DNA from: Longimicrobiales bacterium
GTDB taxonomy: Bacteria; Gemmatimonadota; Gemmatimonadetes; Longimicrobiales; Gaopeijiaceae
Direction: 5' to 3'
Assembly: GCA_965219445.1 (NCBI GenBank)
Contig: CBDCNQ010000002.1
Coordinates: 448,001 to 512,000, forward strand
Length of the DNA: 64,000 nt
Made by a program: the position numbers and the translations under genes. A model generated the notes under the pieces. The model was not told the DNA's origin. It ran no database searches and was given only the letters and a program-made list of their open reading frames with translations. This document shows positions 36,395 through 47,211 of this stretch, piece after piece; the stretch's first letter is position 1; each line of letters begins with the position of its first letter.

Positions 36395-39145
36395 AATGTC
36401 CGCACCCGAAGAAAGCCGCTCGAGCAGGGCGCGGAGTTCGGAGAGCGCCTCGCCAAATCCCTGAAAATCTCCGGTTCGTAGTGCCGCATCCGCCACCTCG
36501 AGCAGGGCCAAGGCCTCAGCCGGCCACTGGTCGGTGTCCAGGGAGGGAACGTCCAGCGCCTCTTCGGCGGATGTGAACTGGGGGACAGCCGCGTCGGCGG
36601 TCCGAGCCAACGCCTGGATCGCTTCTCGAAGTGTTTCCTCCATCTCGACCCGGTACCCATCGCTCACGACGAAGCGCCTCAGTTCAGGAATGGCGTCCTC
36701 TTCGGCCGCCAAGAACACGGGCTCCATGTAGAGAAGCGTTCGGCCTACCGGTACCAGATGCAGGTGTCCGGTCCACACCTGGCTTCCTCCGGTCCTCCAC
36801 AGCGAGAACTGTTGCGAGATCCGCGGATCCTGCTCGATCAGGGCCTCGACCTGACGGGGGCCCGGCACCTGATCCTCGACGGGCACATCGAACAGAACGA
36901 GGTCGCCGTACCGGTCGCGATCGCTCGAGGCGGCCAGGATGGCGGTCAGATTCTGCCGCCCACGTGGCACGAACACGGAGGTGAGCAGAAAATCTCTCTT
37001 CTCCTCTCCTGGGAGCCGATACAGCCCATATTCCGGTTGATAGGGCACGGGGGTTGTACCCTGAGCCAATTCCTGTGGCAATGTCCAAACGTCCTGCTGG
37101 CCATGGAAGAGTGGCGCCGTCTCCTGGTGGTACTGAAAGAGGACCCGAGCTTGGAGGCTCAGCATGGTCACAGGGTACCGAACGTGGTCGCGTAACCCCT
37201 CCGGCATTTCACTCAAGGGCCGGAATAGTGTAGGAAAGCCCCGGGCGTAGGCCTGGAGCAGCAGATCCTCTTCATCGATCACGTAGAAAATCACCTCGCC
37301 GGTGACCCCGTCGACGGTGATTTTCACACTGTTCCGAGCGTACCGGACGGGCCTCCCCGCCTCCAGGTCGTGCCGGGTCGACAGAGGGAACGAGCTCGTC
37401 CCCGTGAACCCCTCTAATATCCAGACGATCCGCCCCTCGTGGACAACGGGATAGGGGGCCTCGGGGAATCTGAGGAGTTGTCCGGAAATTCGTCCCACGC
37501 GCTCCAAAACATCCCTTCGGAAGACGAAGCGGCTGTCCCGGTCCACCTCGGCAGCGAAGAGCAGGTTCGCATCCCTGAAGCGCCAAGCAAGCGCGAGGGT
37601 CCTCAGAGGCGAGTCCAGCTGAATTCCGGCCGGAAAATCGATCCCCGGCTGTCGCGTGCCCCCTTCCCCGCCTGTGGGATCTCCGGGATTGACAATCGCA
37701 TAGACCTGGCGACGCGCTCCGACGTAGACGTTCGGACGAGTCAACCTGAGGCCCTCTGGTGCAACGTCGCTCGCCGCAAATTCCGGGGGAATCCCAGACA
37801 CGAACATCGTAGGACGCCCCTCGGGTGTACGGGCCGTTGCGGCGCTGACAACCGCCCCCATCCCTCGGATGTAGTCGTCCCGGAGATGCAGGTTCTGCCA
37901 GTTCGGATCTTGGATCCCCCTCGGGAGAACCTCCCGTACGGCCAGCGCTACCGGGACCATTCCATCCGCTCCCTGATAGCGATCCACCGTCACACCCGAA
38001 AAGTCATAATACGGGAAGCGAGCCTCCAATTCTCTATATGTCGTCAGAAGGGCCTGCGCACTCCAGACCGGAAGACCCTCGAACTGGGAGGTCGCCGCTT
38101 GCCAGTCCACGCTGGACGACTGCTCGTAGTCGAACTCACGCCGCTCGAGGTCCGTCAGGTCGAAGCCCATCCGTGTGAACCGCATGTTCTCCAGTATGTA
38201 GGGAGATTCCCGCTCCAATTCATTGGGCTCTACCCGAAAGCGCTGGATGAACGACGGATACGCCTGTCCAACGGCCAGCCCACCCACCAACAGGACTCCG
38301 GAGCTCACGATGAGCGGCAGTGGGCGATTCTTGAAGCCGCTCCACAGCGCAGCGGCGGACACCGCAAGAGCGAGCACCGCGAGGACACTGTACGCGGGCA
38401 TGCGCGCCTCGGCGTCGGCAAATCCGAAGATGCCTTGTACGCCAGAGGTTCCGTTGAGCATGAGGACGTAACGCGCGAGCCAGAACTGCGCCCCCAGCAT
38501 GACGGAAAACGCAGCGATGATCACCCCTAGGTGCACCCGGGGTCGACTCCTGATGACGAACCGTGACGGTCCCCATTGGAGCGCCCCTGTAGCCGCGTAT
38601 CCTGCCGCCGCAAGCGTAAAGACGAGGAAAGTAACGACGAGACCGAAGATCACCAGCGATCTCAAAAGGGGCAGCACAATGACGAAGAACGTCAAATCCC
38701 GTCCCAGGAAGGGATCCGTAACACCCCATTCCGGCGCGTTGAGTAGATATAGAACGTTGAGACCCATGGATGGAGGGATTGAGGCCCCAAACCAGGCCCC
38801 GACCAACGCGGAAAGCACGGCGACACTCCAAACCACAACCGTCTCGGAGAGTTGCTCCGAGATTACGAGGTCGCCCAGCCGGCGCTTGATCCGGATTCCA
38901 CCGAGCGCGCGGGCGATGAACCGCAGGTTGAAGAAGAACACCAGGCCCACCATCAGTGCTCCGAGCAGACGCACACCCCACTCCCAGAAGACCCGAGTCC
39001 AGAAGACCGACGAGTATCCGAGGGAATCGAACCAGAGGATTTCGATATAGGCGTTGGCGGCGATCCGCCCTGCCAACAAGACCATCAGCAAAGCGATCCC
39101 CAAAGCGAGCAAGAGACGTCTGCCCCTCAGTTCCCGGATCTTCAC
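36389..39145 (-). CDS. UPF0182 family membrane protein
   Basis: LWFDSLGY, PNELERESPYI, PYPVV, YARNSVK, LYMEPVFL. Confidence 0.93.
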   Translation of the reverse strand: MKIRELRGRRLLLALGIALLMVLLAGRIAANAYIEILWFDSLGYSSVFWTRVFWEWGVRLLGALMVGLVFFFNLRFIARALGGIRIKRRLGDLVISEQLSETVVVWSVAVLSALVGAWFGASIPPSMGLNVLYLLNAPEWGVTDPFLGRDLTFFVIVLPLLRSLVIFGLVVTFLVFTLAAAGYAATGALQWGPSRFVIRSRPRVHLGVIIAAFSVMLGAQFWLARYVLMLNGTSGVQGIFGFADAEARMPAYSVLAVLALAVSAAALWSGFKNRPLPLIVSSGVLLVGGLAVGQAYPSFIQRFRVEPNELERESPYILENMRFTRMGFDLTDLERREFDYEQSSSVDWQAATSQFEGLPVWSAQALLTTYRELEARFPYYDFSGVTVDRYQGADGMVPVALAVREVLPRGIQDPNWQNLHLRDDYIRGMGAVVSAATARTPEGRPTMFVSGIPPEFAASDVAPEGLRLTRPNVYVGARRQVYAIVNPGDPTGGEGGTRQPGIDFPAGIQLDSPLRTLALAWRFRDANLLFAAEVDRDSRFVFRRDVLERVGRISGQLLRFPEAPYPVVHEGRIVWILEGFTGTSSFPLSTRHDLEAGRPVRYARNSVKITVDGVTGEVIFYVIDEEDLLLQAYARGFPTLFRPLSEMPEGLRDHVRYPVTMLSLQARVLFQYHQETAPLFHGQQDVWTLPQELAQGTTPVPYQPEYGLYRLPGEEKRDFLLTSVFVPRGRQNLTAILAASSDRDRYGDLVLFDVPVEDQVPGPRQVEALIEQDPRISQQFSLWRTGGSQVWTGHLHLVPVGRTLLYMEPVFLAAEEDAIPELRRFVVSDGYRVEMEETLREAIQALARTADAAVPQFTSAEEALDVPSLDTDQWPAEALALLEVADAALRTGDFQGFGEALSELRALLERLSSGADIP

Positions 39146-39146
39146 G

Positions 39147-40514
39147 TTATACAGCCACCCCTTTCGTCAGCAGCCAGGACTCGATCTCGCTGCGAATCGC
39201 GCTCAGTTGCTTTTCTGTTTCCGCCTCATAACGCGCCACGATAATGGGCTGCGTATTGGACGCCCGGAGGAGACCCCATCCGCCGTCGAACCGAACTCGC
39301 GCACCATCGACGTCGATCACGTCCCGAGTCTCCCTGAAGTGTTCCAGTGCCGCCTCCACGATCGCGAACTTGGTCTCCTCGGTCACGTCGATGCGCAGCT
39401 CCGGCGTGGACACGTACACCGGAAAATCAGAAACCATCTCTGAGAGTGTACGCCCGGACCGTGCGATCAGGTCCACGAGCCGGCACGCCGCATAGGGTGC
39501 ATCATCGAACCCGAGGTAGTTGTCGGCCATGAAAATATGTCCAGAAAGTTCGCCCCCGAGGGCCGCGTCCGTTTCCCTCATTTTCTCCTTGATCAGGGAG
39601 TGCCCGGTCTTCCACATGATCGCTTCCCCACCAGACCTCGTAAATTCGTCCGATACGACCTGGGAGCATTTTACGTCGAAGATGAGCCGTTGTCCCGGTC
39701 CCCGTGTGCGAAGGACGTCGAGTCCGAACAGCAACAGCAGGAGGTCTCCACGGACGATCTGGCCGTGCTCGTCCACGGCCCCGATACGATCTGCGTCTCC
39801 ATCGAACCCGATGCCTAACTCGGCGCCCTCGCGGCGTACGGCGTCGATCAAGTCCACGAGGTACTCGTCTACCGTGGGATCTGGATGGTGATTAGGGAAC
39901 GTCCCGTCGGACTCACAATACAGGGGAACGACCTCCGCGCCCAGCGCTTCGAGTAACTCGACCCCCACCAGGGATCCGACACCGTTTCCACAATCCAACA
40001 CGACCTTCACCGGCCGCGAAAGATCGAAACGTCCGGCCACATCCGCCACGTAGCGATCCAGGACGTCGACACGTTCGGAGCCTCCCGCACCCTCTCCAAA
40101 TTTCTCCTCGACGATGGCGTGCTTGATCGCTTGAATGCGCTCGCCATATACCGGCATCCCCTGGAGCGTCATCTTGATGCCGTTCCATTCGGACGCGTTA
40201 TGGGAGCCCGTAATCTGAACGCCACCATCCGTGGGAAGGGTCTTCTCGGCCCAGTAGAGGGTGGGCGTCGGAACGGTCCCGATATCGATCACGTCGGCGC
40301 CAGAGCCGTTGAGCCCCCGGATCAAGCCCTCGGCCAGTGCAGCAGATGAGGGGCGGTTGTCCTGCCCGACAGCGATAAGAGGAGGCCGACCGAGGCGTTG
40401 AGAGGCCAGTGTCGCGTAGGCCCGCCCAACCCCCTCGGAGACCTCGGGGATCAGCTCGTCGGCGACAAGACCGCGAATATCGTACTCACGAAAAATATGT
40501 TCAGGTGCCGACAT
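39147..40514 (-). CDS. Phosphomannomutase/phosphoglucomutase
   Basis: FREYDIRG, TGSHN, FDGDADR, GELSGH, RASNT. Confidence 0.95.
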   Translation of the reverse strand: MSAPEHIFREYDIRGLVADELIPEVSEGVGRAYATLASQRLGRPPLIAVGQDNRPSSAALAEGLIRGLNGSGADVIDIGTVPTPTLYWAEKTLPTDGGVQITGSHNASEWNGIKMTLQGMPVYGERIQAIKHAIVEEKFGEGAGGSERVDVLDRYVADVAGRFDLSRPVKVVLDCGNGVGSLVGVELLEALGAEVVPLYCESDGTFPNHHPDPTVDEYLVDLIDAVRREGAELGIGFDGDADRIGAVDEHGQIVRGDLLLLLFGLDVLRTRGPGQRLIFDVKCSQVVSDEFTRSGGEAIMWKTGHSLIKEKMRETDAALGGELSGHIFMADNYLGFDDAPYAACRLVDLIARSGRTLSEMVSDFPVYVSTPELRIDVTEETKFAIVEAALEHFRETRDVIDVDGARVRFDGGWGLLRASNTQPIIVARYEAETEKQLSAIRSEIESWLLTKGVAV

Positions 40515-40566
40515 ACAACCGTCGCTGGTTGAGGTGCGAGTCTGTTCGGCTAGAAGCCTGTTCAAG

Positions 40567-42075
40567 TCACGGAGCCACACCGATAAACTCCGGGCCCGCC
40601 GCTGAGAGCCCACTGACGCTCGACCGCGCCAGATCCATGGTGGCTCCCGGAAAAACGCCGAGATAGACGATCAAGATCACTCCGGTAATCAACGCCAGGC
40701 GCATGGCAACCGGAATGTAGATCGGCCCGCCGGCGGTATCGGGAGGCGCATCCCTCATCCACATGAACCACGCCACACGCAGGTAATACCAGTACGAGGC
40801 CACGGTCGTGAGCACGAGGACGACCGAGAGGAAGACCAGGTTTGCCTCCATCGCGCCCTGAAGGAGAAACACCTTTCCGATGAAGCCTCCCGTTCCGGGA
40901 AAACCGGCCAGCGAAAGCAGGAAGACCGTGAAGAGGACCCCGAGTAACGGGTACCTCCAACCGAGTCCGGCGTATTCCTGGATCTCGAGACGGTCTTCCC
41001 CCTGGCCCGACACCAGAATGACGATGCCGAACGCACCGATGTTCATCAGCGTGTAGATCAACAGGTAGAACAGAAGTCCGGCGGCCGCCGTCTCATTCGC
41101 AGCGACGATCGCCACCATGAGGTAGCCCGCGTGCGCGATCCCCGAGTAAGCGAGCATTCGCTTTACGCTCACCTGAACCATGGCGACGAGATTGGCGACC
41201 ACCATCGTGAGTACTGCGAGCCACCACAGAATCGCCCACCAACTCTCATAGGCATTCGCGAAGGCCACTGAAAAGACACGAAGGAACGCCAAGAACGCGC
41301 CCGCCTTGACGGCCACGGACATGAAGGCCGTAACTGGAGTCGGAGCCCCCTCATAGACATCGGGCGTCCACATATGGAACGGAACCGCGGAGACCTTGAA
41401 CGAGAATCCGACCGCGAGAAGCGCGATGCCGAAGACGAGGAGAGCGCCGTGCGCCGCTCCGCTCACGATGGACTCGGTGATCGCGGAGATATGCGTGCTA
41501 CCGGTCGCGCCGTATACGAGTGCTATCCCGTAGAGGAAGAACCCGGTGGAAAACGCGCCCAGCAAGAAATACTTGAGGCCGGCCTCAGCCGATGTGCGAT
41601 CTCTCCGGTTGATGGCGGCCAGCACGTACACGGCCACCGACATGATCTCCAATCCGAGGAAAATGACAATGAGGTCGCGTGCCGCGGCCATGATCATCAA
41701 TCCCATAGTCGAATAGATCAGCAACGCGTAAAACTCCGCTTCCTGAAGGCCCTGCCGCTGAACGTAGCTCTTGCTGATCAGGACCCCGAGTCCGGCGCCT
41801 GCGAGAATGATCCAATTTGAGAACAACGAGAAGCCGTCCAGGGCGATCATCGACTGCGTGCCCACTTCGGTGACTCCGTAAAGCCAACCGTTCGCGAACG
41901 CGGCGAGGACGATCCCCAGCACGGAAAGCCATCCCAGGTCGGCCGACGCCCCGGAAGCGTCGGAGCGGCGCGGACTCACGCCGAGCAGGAGAATTACGAT
42001 CCCCCACACCGACAGAATGATCTCAGGTGCGAGCGCTACGACGAAATGCGCCTGATGACTGAAATCGAGTACCAT
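40567..42075 (-). CDS. nuoN: NADH-quinone oxidoreductase subunit N
   Basis: EAGLKYF, FKVSAVPFHMWTPDVY, KRMLAYS. Confidence 0.96.
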   Translation of the reverse strand: MVLDFSHQAHFVVALAPEIILSVWGIVILLLGVSPRRSDASGASADLGWLSVLGIVLAAFANGWLYGVTEVGTQSMIALDGFSLFSNWIILAGAGLGVLISKSYVQRQGLQEAEFYALLIYSTMGLMIMAAARDLIVIFLGLEIMSVAVYVLAAINRRDRTSAEAGLKYFLLGAFSTGFFLYGIALVYGATGSTHISAITESIVSGAAHGALLVFGIALLAVGFSFKVSAVPFHMWTPDVYEGAPTPVTAFMSVAVKAGAFLAFLRVFSVAFANAYESWWAILWWLAVLTMVVANLVAMVQVSVKRMLAYSGIAHAGYLMVAIVAANETAAAGLLFYLLIYTLMNIGAFGIVILVSGQGEDRLEIQEYAGLGWRYPLLGVLFTVFLLSLAGFPGTGGFIGKVFLLQGAMEANLVFLSVVLVLTTVASYWYYLRVAWFMWMRDAPPDTAGGPIYIPVAMRLALITGVILIVYLGVFPGATMDLARSSVSGLSAAGPEFIGVAP

Positions 42076-42081
42076 GGCCGC

Positions 42082-43644
42082 TTACTCCGCCGCCTCGGCG
42101 CTGGATACGTCCCGACCCGGCTCGATGAGAGCCACGTTCGACGGCGCTGCGGCGTACACGCGCTCCAGCACCACCTGGACGCTGGGCTCCATCCTCCGCA
42201 GCAGTGGCGTCGGATGCACGCCGATCACGATCATGAGGGCGATCATGGGCGCCAAGATGGCCACCTCGCGGCGGGACAGATCGTGGACGGCCTGGTTCTC
42301 CGGTTTTTCCAGCGCGTTGAAGAAGACGCTCTGTACCATCGGCAGCATGTAGTACGCGGCAAAGATGACGCCGCTCGCCGCAAAGATGCCCACGCCGGGA
42401 TGGTACTCGAACGCCCCTAGGAGTGTGAGGAACTCCCCGACAAATCCGCTCGTGCCCGGCAACCCGATGGACGTTAAAGCGGTGATCAGGAACGCGGTGG
42501 CCAGCCACGGCGCCACTCGTCCGATACCGCCGAATTCCTCGATCAAACGCGTATGGCGACGCTCATGTAGCATGCCGAGAAGGAGAAAGAGCGCACCGGT
42601 GGAGATCCCGTGGGAGATCATGACCAGTAGTCCCCCTTGGAGTCCGTTCATGTTGAGGGCGAAGATGCCCACGACCACGAACCCCATGTGCGCCACGGAC
42701 GTGTACGCCACCAGCTTTTTCGCATCCGGTTGGACGGCAGCCACCCAGGCAGCGTAGATGATCCCTATGACACCCAGCACGAGCATGAGCGTTACGACGC
42801 TCGGATGTTGAGCCGCAACGGGAAAGAACGGCAACAGGAACCGCACGAACCCGTACGTGCCCATCTTGAGCAGGACCGCCGCCAGTACGACCGACCCCGG
42901 AGTCGGTGCCTCTACGTGGGCGTCGGGAAGCCAGGTGTGGAACGGGAAAACGGGAACCTTGATGGCAAACGCCAACGCGAAGGCCCCAAACAACCACATC
43001 TGCTCCCCCGGTGTCAGGGGAATCTGGAGAAGATCCGCGAAGGCGAAGGACGTCACGCCTAGCAGCGCCTTGCCCCGGGCGTATATGTATAGAATTCCCA
43101 CCAGCATCAGAAGGGAGCCAACGGCCGTGTAGAGGAAGAACTTTATCGCGGCGTAGACCCTCCGCTCTCCTCCCCAGATTCCGATGATGAAGTACATCGG
43201 AACGAGCGTGAGCTCGAAGAACACGTAGAAGAGGAACAGGTCCACGGCCGTGAACACTCCCACGACCCCGACCTCGAGAAGAAGCATGAGCGCATAGAAC
43301 GACTTTTCTCTCTTTTCGATGTAGTTGAACGACCCGAGGATGGCGAGTGGAACCGTGAAGGTGGTCAGCATGACCAGGAACAGGCTGATCCCATCGAGGC
43401 CGAGAGCGTAGTTCACACCCCATGCGGCGATCCACGACCGGCTGCTCTCGAGCTGATACCCACCGCCGAGGGCAGGATCGTAGGCCCACCAAAGTCCCAC
43501 GCTCAGGACGAAAACGACGAGGCTCCAACGCAGGGCGAGTCCCTTGGCCCGATCCTCTGCAGCCCAGAGAACGTGGACCGTCCCCAGGAGCGGAAGCCAA
43601 ATGAGTGCGTGTAACACCCAGCTCTCGTAGGCGAGTGCGCTCAA
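42082..43644 (-). CDS. nuoM: NADH-quinone oxidoreductase subunit M
   Basis: KFFLYT, HTWLPDAHVEAPT, LLKMG. Confidence 0.96.
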   Translation of the reverse strand: MSALAYESWVLHALIWLPLLGTVHVLWAAEDRAKGLALRWSLVVFVLSVGLWWAYDPALGGGYQLESSRSWIAAWGVNYALGLDGISLFLVMLTTFTVPLAILGSFNYIEKREKSFYALMLLLEVGVVGVFTAVDLFLFYVFFELTLVPMYFIIGIWGGERRVYAAIKFFLYTAVGSLLMLVGILYIYARGKALLGVTSFAFADLLQIPLTPGEQMWLFGAFALAFAIKVPVFPFHTWLPDAHVEAPTPGSVVLAAVLLKMGTYGFVRFLLPFFPVAAQHPSVVTLMLVLGVIGIIYAAWVAAVQPDAKKLVAYTSVAHMGFVVVGIFALNMNGLQGGLLVMISHGISTGALFLLLGMLHERRHTRLIEEFGGIGRVAPWLATAFLITALTSIGLPGTSGFVGEFLTLLGAFEYHPGVGIFAASGVIFAAYYMLPMVQSVFFNALEKPENQAVHDLSRREVAILAPMIALMIVIGVHPTPLLRRMEPSVQVVLERVYAAAPSNVALIEPGRDVSSAEAAE

Positions 43645-43647
43645 CGT

Positions 43648-45822
43648 CTAGAGCCCGATCACGGCAAGAATGACCAACACGCCCACCGTCATGAAGAAAA
43701 CATAGGTGTTCACCTGACCCGTATGTAACAAGCTGCCTACCCACCCGACCGCCCGGACCGCGTTACCCACCGCATTGACCGCCCCATCGATGATCTTGGC
43801 ATCCAGGACCCGCCACAGGACCCGCGAGGTGGTCAGGATGGGATCGACTACCCATCGGTGATAGAACTCGTCCACGTACCACTTGTTGAAGAGAATGCGT
43901 GAGAACCCCGTCGGCTCGACATCATCCACCGCCACCGGTACCCTCTTGCTCCCGAAGAGCCGGGTGGTCACCAAAACCACAGTCAGGGCCGCGACGGTCG
44001 AAATCAGCCCCCACGCCACCTCTCCGCCCCCAAGCGGTGCGGCGTGCGCCAGCTCCCCGAGTTGCGCCTCCTGGACCTGGTGGGCGGCTTCGGTGACCGG
44101 CTCGAGCCAGCCATGGAGCCACTCGCCCATCGGAAGAAAGCCAAATCCGCCCAGCACGGACTCCCTCAGATCCGGCGTGACATTGATCCAACCGCCGAAG
44201 ACGGACAGCGCGGCAAGGATCGCGAGGGGGATCCACATGGTTCTCGGAGCTTCGTGGAGGTGCTCGGCCTCCGTCGATCCGGTCCTGTTCTCGCCATGAA
44301 AGGTCATGAGCATCAGTCGCGTCATATAGAACGCGGTCAGCATGGCCGCGGCCAATGCCAGGACCCAGTAAACCGTGTAGAGACCCTGGTACGGCGCGTT
44401 CTCTGCGCCCGCCATCGAACCCGTCATCCAGATGATTTCGTCCTTCGAGAAGAAGCCCGCGAAGGGCCAGATCCCCGCGATCGCCAAGGTAGCGAGCCAC
44501 ATGGTGACCCAAGTGATCGGCATGTAGGCCTTGAGCCCACCCATATTCCGCATGTCCTGAGCGTCCCAATCCTTGTGCGTATGATGAAGCGCGTGGTGCA
44601 TCGAGTGGATGACGGCCCCCGCCCCCAAGAATAGGAGCGCCTTGAAGAAGGCGTGGGTCATGAGATGGAAGATACCGGCCGTATACGCCCCCACACCGAC
44701 ACCCAAGAACATGTAGCCCAACTGCGAGACCGTGGAATACGCCAGAAGCTTCTTGATGTCTTGCTGCTTCAAGGCGATGGTCGCGGCGAAGAGCGCGGTA
44801 AGCACGCCGATCCCTGCCACCACGGCGCTGCTGAGCGGAGCGAGTGCGAACAGCACGGAGGATCGTGCGATCAGGTAGACCCCGGCGGTGACCATCGTGG
44901 CCGCATGGATGAGGGCGGATACCGGCGTCGGACCCGCCATGGCGTCGGGTAGCCAAATATAAAGCGGAATTTGGGCGCTCTTACCCGTGGCAGCCAACAA
45001 GAAGAACAGTGTCACGGTGGTAACTACCGGGCCGCCGTAGAGGAATACGGACTCGGCGTCCCCAAACACGCCTACGAAGTCCACCCGCTGGAACACCAGG
45101 TACAGCAGAAAAATCGCAAGGAGAAAGCCGAGGTCGCCGATCCGATTCACGATGAACGCTTTCTTTCCAGCGGAAGCCTTTACCTCGTCGCTGAACCAGA
45201 ATCCGATCAGAAGGTAGGAGCAGAGCCCCACACCCTCCCAGCCGATGAACATGATCGGATAGTTGGCCCCCATGACCAACACCAGCATGAAGAAGACAAA
45301 CAGGTTGAGGTAGGCGAAGTAGCGCGGGTAACCTGGATCATCCTGCATGTATCCGACGCTGAACACGTGGATCAGGAACCCCACTCCGGTGACGATCATC
45401 ATCATGATCATCGAGAGCTGGTCGAGCTGGATCGCGGCCGCCACGTCCAGGCGATCTCCGGTAAGAAGGTCTTCACCCGCAGTGATCCACGACCAATAGC
45501 TACGGATCACAGGCTCGTGCAGCTCGGCGCCGAGCATCCCCACGAAGTTCACCAAGGTGAGCAGGAACGCCAGCAGCACGACACCGGGGCCCACCCAGGT
45601 TGGTAGGCTGTGGGAGGCGGGGCGACCGTTTTCGAAGAAGTCGAACTCCCCGCCGGCTCGGACCGCATCGGCCGACACTCGGGCAGCGGACAAGGCAAGC
45701 ACGCCATTGACGACGAACCCCAAAAGCGGCAAGAGGATGATGAGCCCTGGAAGGAAAGGCTCCCAGGCGCCTTGTGACTCCTCGAGTCCGCCGGCCTGCA
45801 CCAGTAGACCGAACTGCGTCAC
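43648..45822 (-). CDS. nuoL: NADH-quinone oxidoreductase subunit L
   Basis: WLPDAMAGPTPVSALIHAATM, HAFFKALLF. Confidence 0.96.
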   Translation of the reverse strand: MTQFGLLVQAGGLEESQGAWEPFLPGLIILLPLLGFVVNGVLALSAARVSADAVRAGGEFDFFENGRPASHSLPTWVGPGVVLLAFLLTLVNFVGMLGAELHEPVIRSYWSWITAGEDLLTGDRLDVAAAIQLDQLSMIMMMIVTGVGFLIHVFSVGYMQDDPGYPRYFAYLNLFVFFMLVLVMGANYPIMFIGWEGVGLCSYLLIGFWFSDEVKASAGKKAFIVNRIGDLGFLLAIFLLYLVFQRVDFVGVFGDAESVFLYGGPVVTTVTLFFLLAATGKSAQIPLYIWLPDAMAGPTPVSALIHAATMVTAGVYLIARSSVLFALAPLSSAVVAGIGVLTALFAATIALKQQDIKKLLAYSTVSQLGYMFLGVGVGAYTAGIFHLMTHAFFKALLFLGAGAVIHSMHHALHHTHKDWDAQDMRNMGGLKAYMPITWVTMWLATLAIAGIWPFAGFFSKDEIIWMTGSMAGAENAPYQGLYTVYWVLALAAAMLTAFYMTRLMLMTFHGENRTGSTEAEHLHEAPRTMWIPLAILAALSVFGGWINVTPDLRESVLGGFGFLPMGEWLHGWLEPVTEAAHQVQEAQLGELAHAAPLGGGEVAWGLISTVAALTVVLVTTRLFGSKRVPVAVDDVEPTGFSRILFNKWYVDEFYHRWVVDPILTTSRVLWRVLDAKIIDGAVNAVGNAVRAVGWVGSLLHTGQVNTYVFFMTVGVLVILAVIGL

Positions 45823-45826
45823 CAGC

Positions 45827-46120
45827 TCACCACTTGAGGAGGTTGAAGTTGTTCACGTTCACCGTTTCGTAGTGCCGGAATATGGAGATGATGATCGCCA
45901 AACCGACGGCGGCTTCCGCGGCCGCGACCGTCATGACGAAGAACACGAACAGCTGGCCCTCGATGCCCACGTATCTTGAAAACGCGACGAACGTGAGGTT
46001 CACCGCGTTCAGCTGGAGCTCGATGCACAAGAACATGACGATCACGTTTCGGCGCACGATCACACCGAGAGTCCCGAGCACAAAGATCAGCCCGGCTAGG
46101 ATGAGAGACTCGGCCAACAC
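45827..46120 (-). CDS. nuoK: NADH-quinone oxidoreductase subunit K
   Basis: [19 protein letters not shown]. Confidence 0.96.
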   Translation of the reverse strand: MLAESLILAGLIFVLGTLGVIVRRNVIVMFLCIELQLNAVNLTFVAFSRYVGIEGQLFVFFVMTVAAAEAAVGLAIIISIFRHYETVNVNNFNLLKW

Positions 46121-46122
46121 GG

Positions 46123-46644
46123 TCAGGTCGCCGTCTTGGCCAAAACGACCGCACCCACGATTGCCACTAGAAGCAGGATGCCCGTCAGCTCGAACGGGAC
46201 CACGTAGTCCGTGAAGAGCGGCCGTGCGATCGCCCCCACCGCCCCGTGTTCCCGCAAAGCCGCATCGATCGCGTCGCCCGCGCCCAGATTGGTTTCGAGC
46301 CCGGAGCTGCCGCTTCCCAACTGGCGAGCCAGCAGACCACCGATGCCTCCCGTCACCGCGAATCCGAAGATCGTGGCGACGCTGCCCCGAATGTCGCGTC
46401 GATACTCGTGCCCCAGATTGAGCAGCATGATCACGAACAGGAAGAGCACCATGATCGCACCGGCATACACAATGATCTGGACCGCCGCGAGGAAGTGAGC
46501 CTCCAGCAGTACGAAGACCCCCGCCGTGCTGGCCAACGTCGCCACCATGAACAACAGGCTTCCTACAGGGCTGCGGCTCACGACCACGCCCATCGAGCCA
46601 CCGACCGCGACGGCCGCGAACACGAAGAAGAGGACTTCAGTCAT
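46123..46644 (-). CDS. nuoJ: NADH-quinone oxidoreductase subunit J
   Basis: [21 protein letters not shown]. Confidence 0.96.
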   Translation of the reverse strand: MTEVLFFVFAAVAVGGSMGVVVSRSPVGSLLFMVATLASTAGVFVLLEAHFLAAVQIIVYAGAIMVLFLFVIMLLNLGHEYRRDIRGSVATIFGFAVTGGIGGLLARQLGSGSSGLETNLGAGDAIDAALREHGAVGAIARPLFTDYVVPFELTGILLLVAIVGAVVLAKTAT

Positions 46645-46665
46645 GCGCCCATTTCACGCGTCGTA

Positions 46666-47166
46666 TCACTCGCCGGCGGGGTCTGCGGGGTCCCATAACA
46701 ACGTGGTCGGATGGTCCTGATCCATCAGCCGATCCAGATCATAGACGAAGCGGTCGCGCGTATACTCCGCGTTTTCGAAGTCACGGCCCACGTGAATCGC
46801 CTCGACCGGACAAACCTCCTGACACATGCCACAGAAAATGCAGCGGAATTCGTCGATCTCGTAGACGATCGGGTAGCGATTGCCCTGGTCGTCCTCCCCA
46901 CCGACGAGACGGATGCAGTTGGCCGGGCATACTGTCGGGCAAAGACCACACGCAACACACTTGGGCCGCCCGTCCGCATGGACCTCCATAACGTGCGTGC
47001 CACGCCACCGGGGGCTCAGTTCGGTCTGCTCCTCGGGATACTGCTGCGTCACCTTCTTCGGGCTCAGCATGTGGCGGAGCGTGATGGCCATCCCCTTGAA
47101 CGCCGCCCGCAAATAGGAGGTCCGCCCCGGATCCGGTCTCTGGATGACTCGTGTGGTTATAGCCAT
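46666..47166 (-). CDS. nuoI: NADH-quinone oxidoreductase subunit I
   Basis: Two CxxCxxCxxxCP motifs. Confidence 0.96.
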   Translation of the reverse strand: MAITTRVIQRPDPGRTSYLRAAFKGMAITLRHMLSPKKVTQQYPEEQTELSPRWRGTHVMEVHADGRPKCVACGLCPTVCPANCIRLVGGEDDQGNRYPIVYEIDEFRCIFCGMCQEVCPVEAIHVGRDFENAEYTRDRFVYDLDRLMDQDHPTTLLWDPADPAGE

Positions 47167-47211
47167 CTCACTATTCCGTATTTTCTTAGATCCATTCGTC
47201 TAACATTGTTT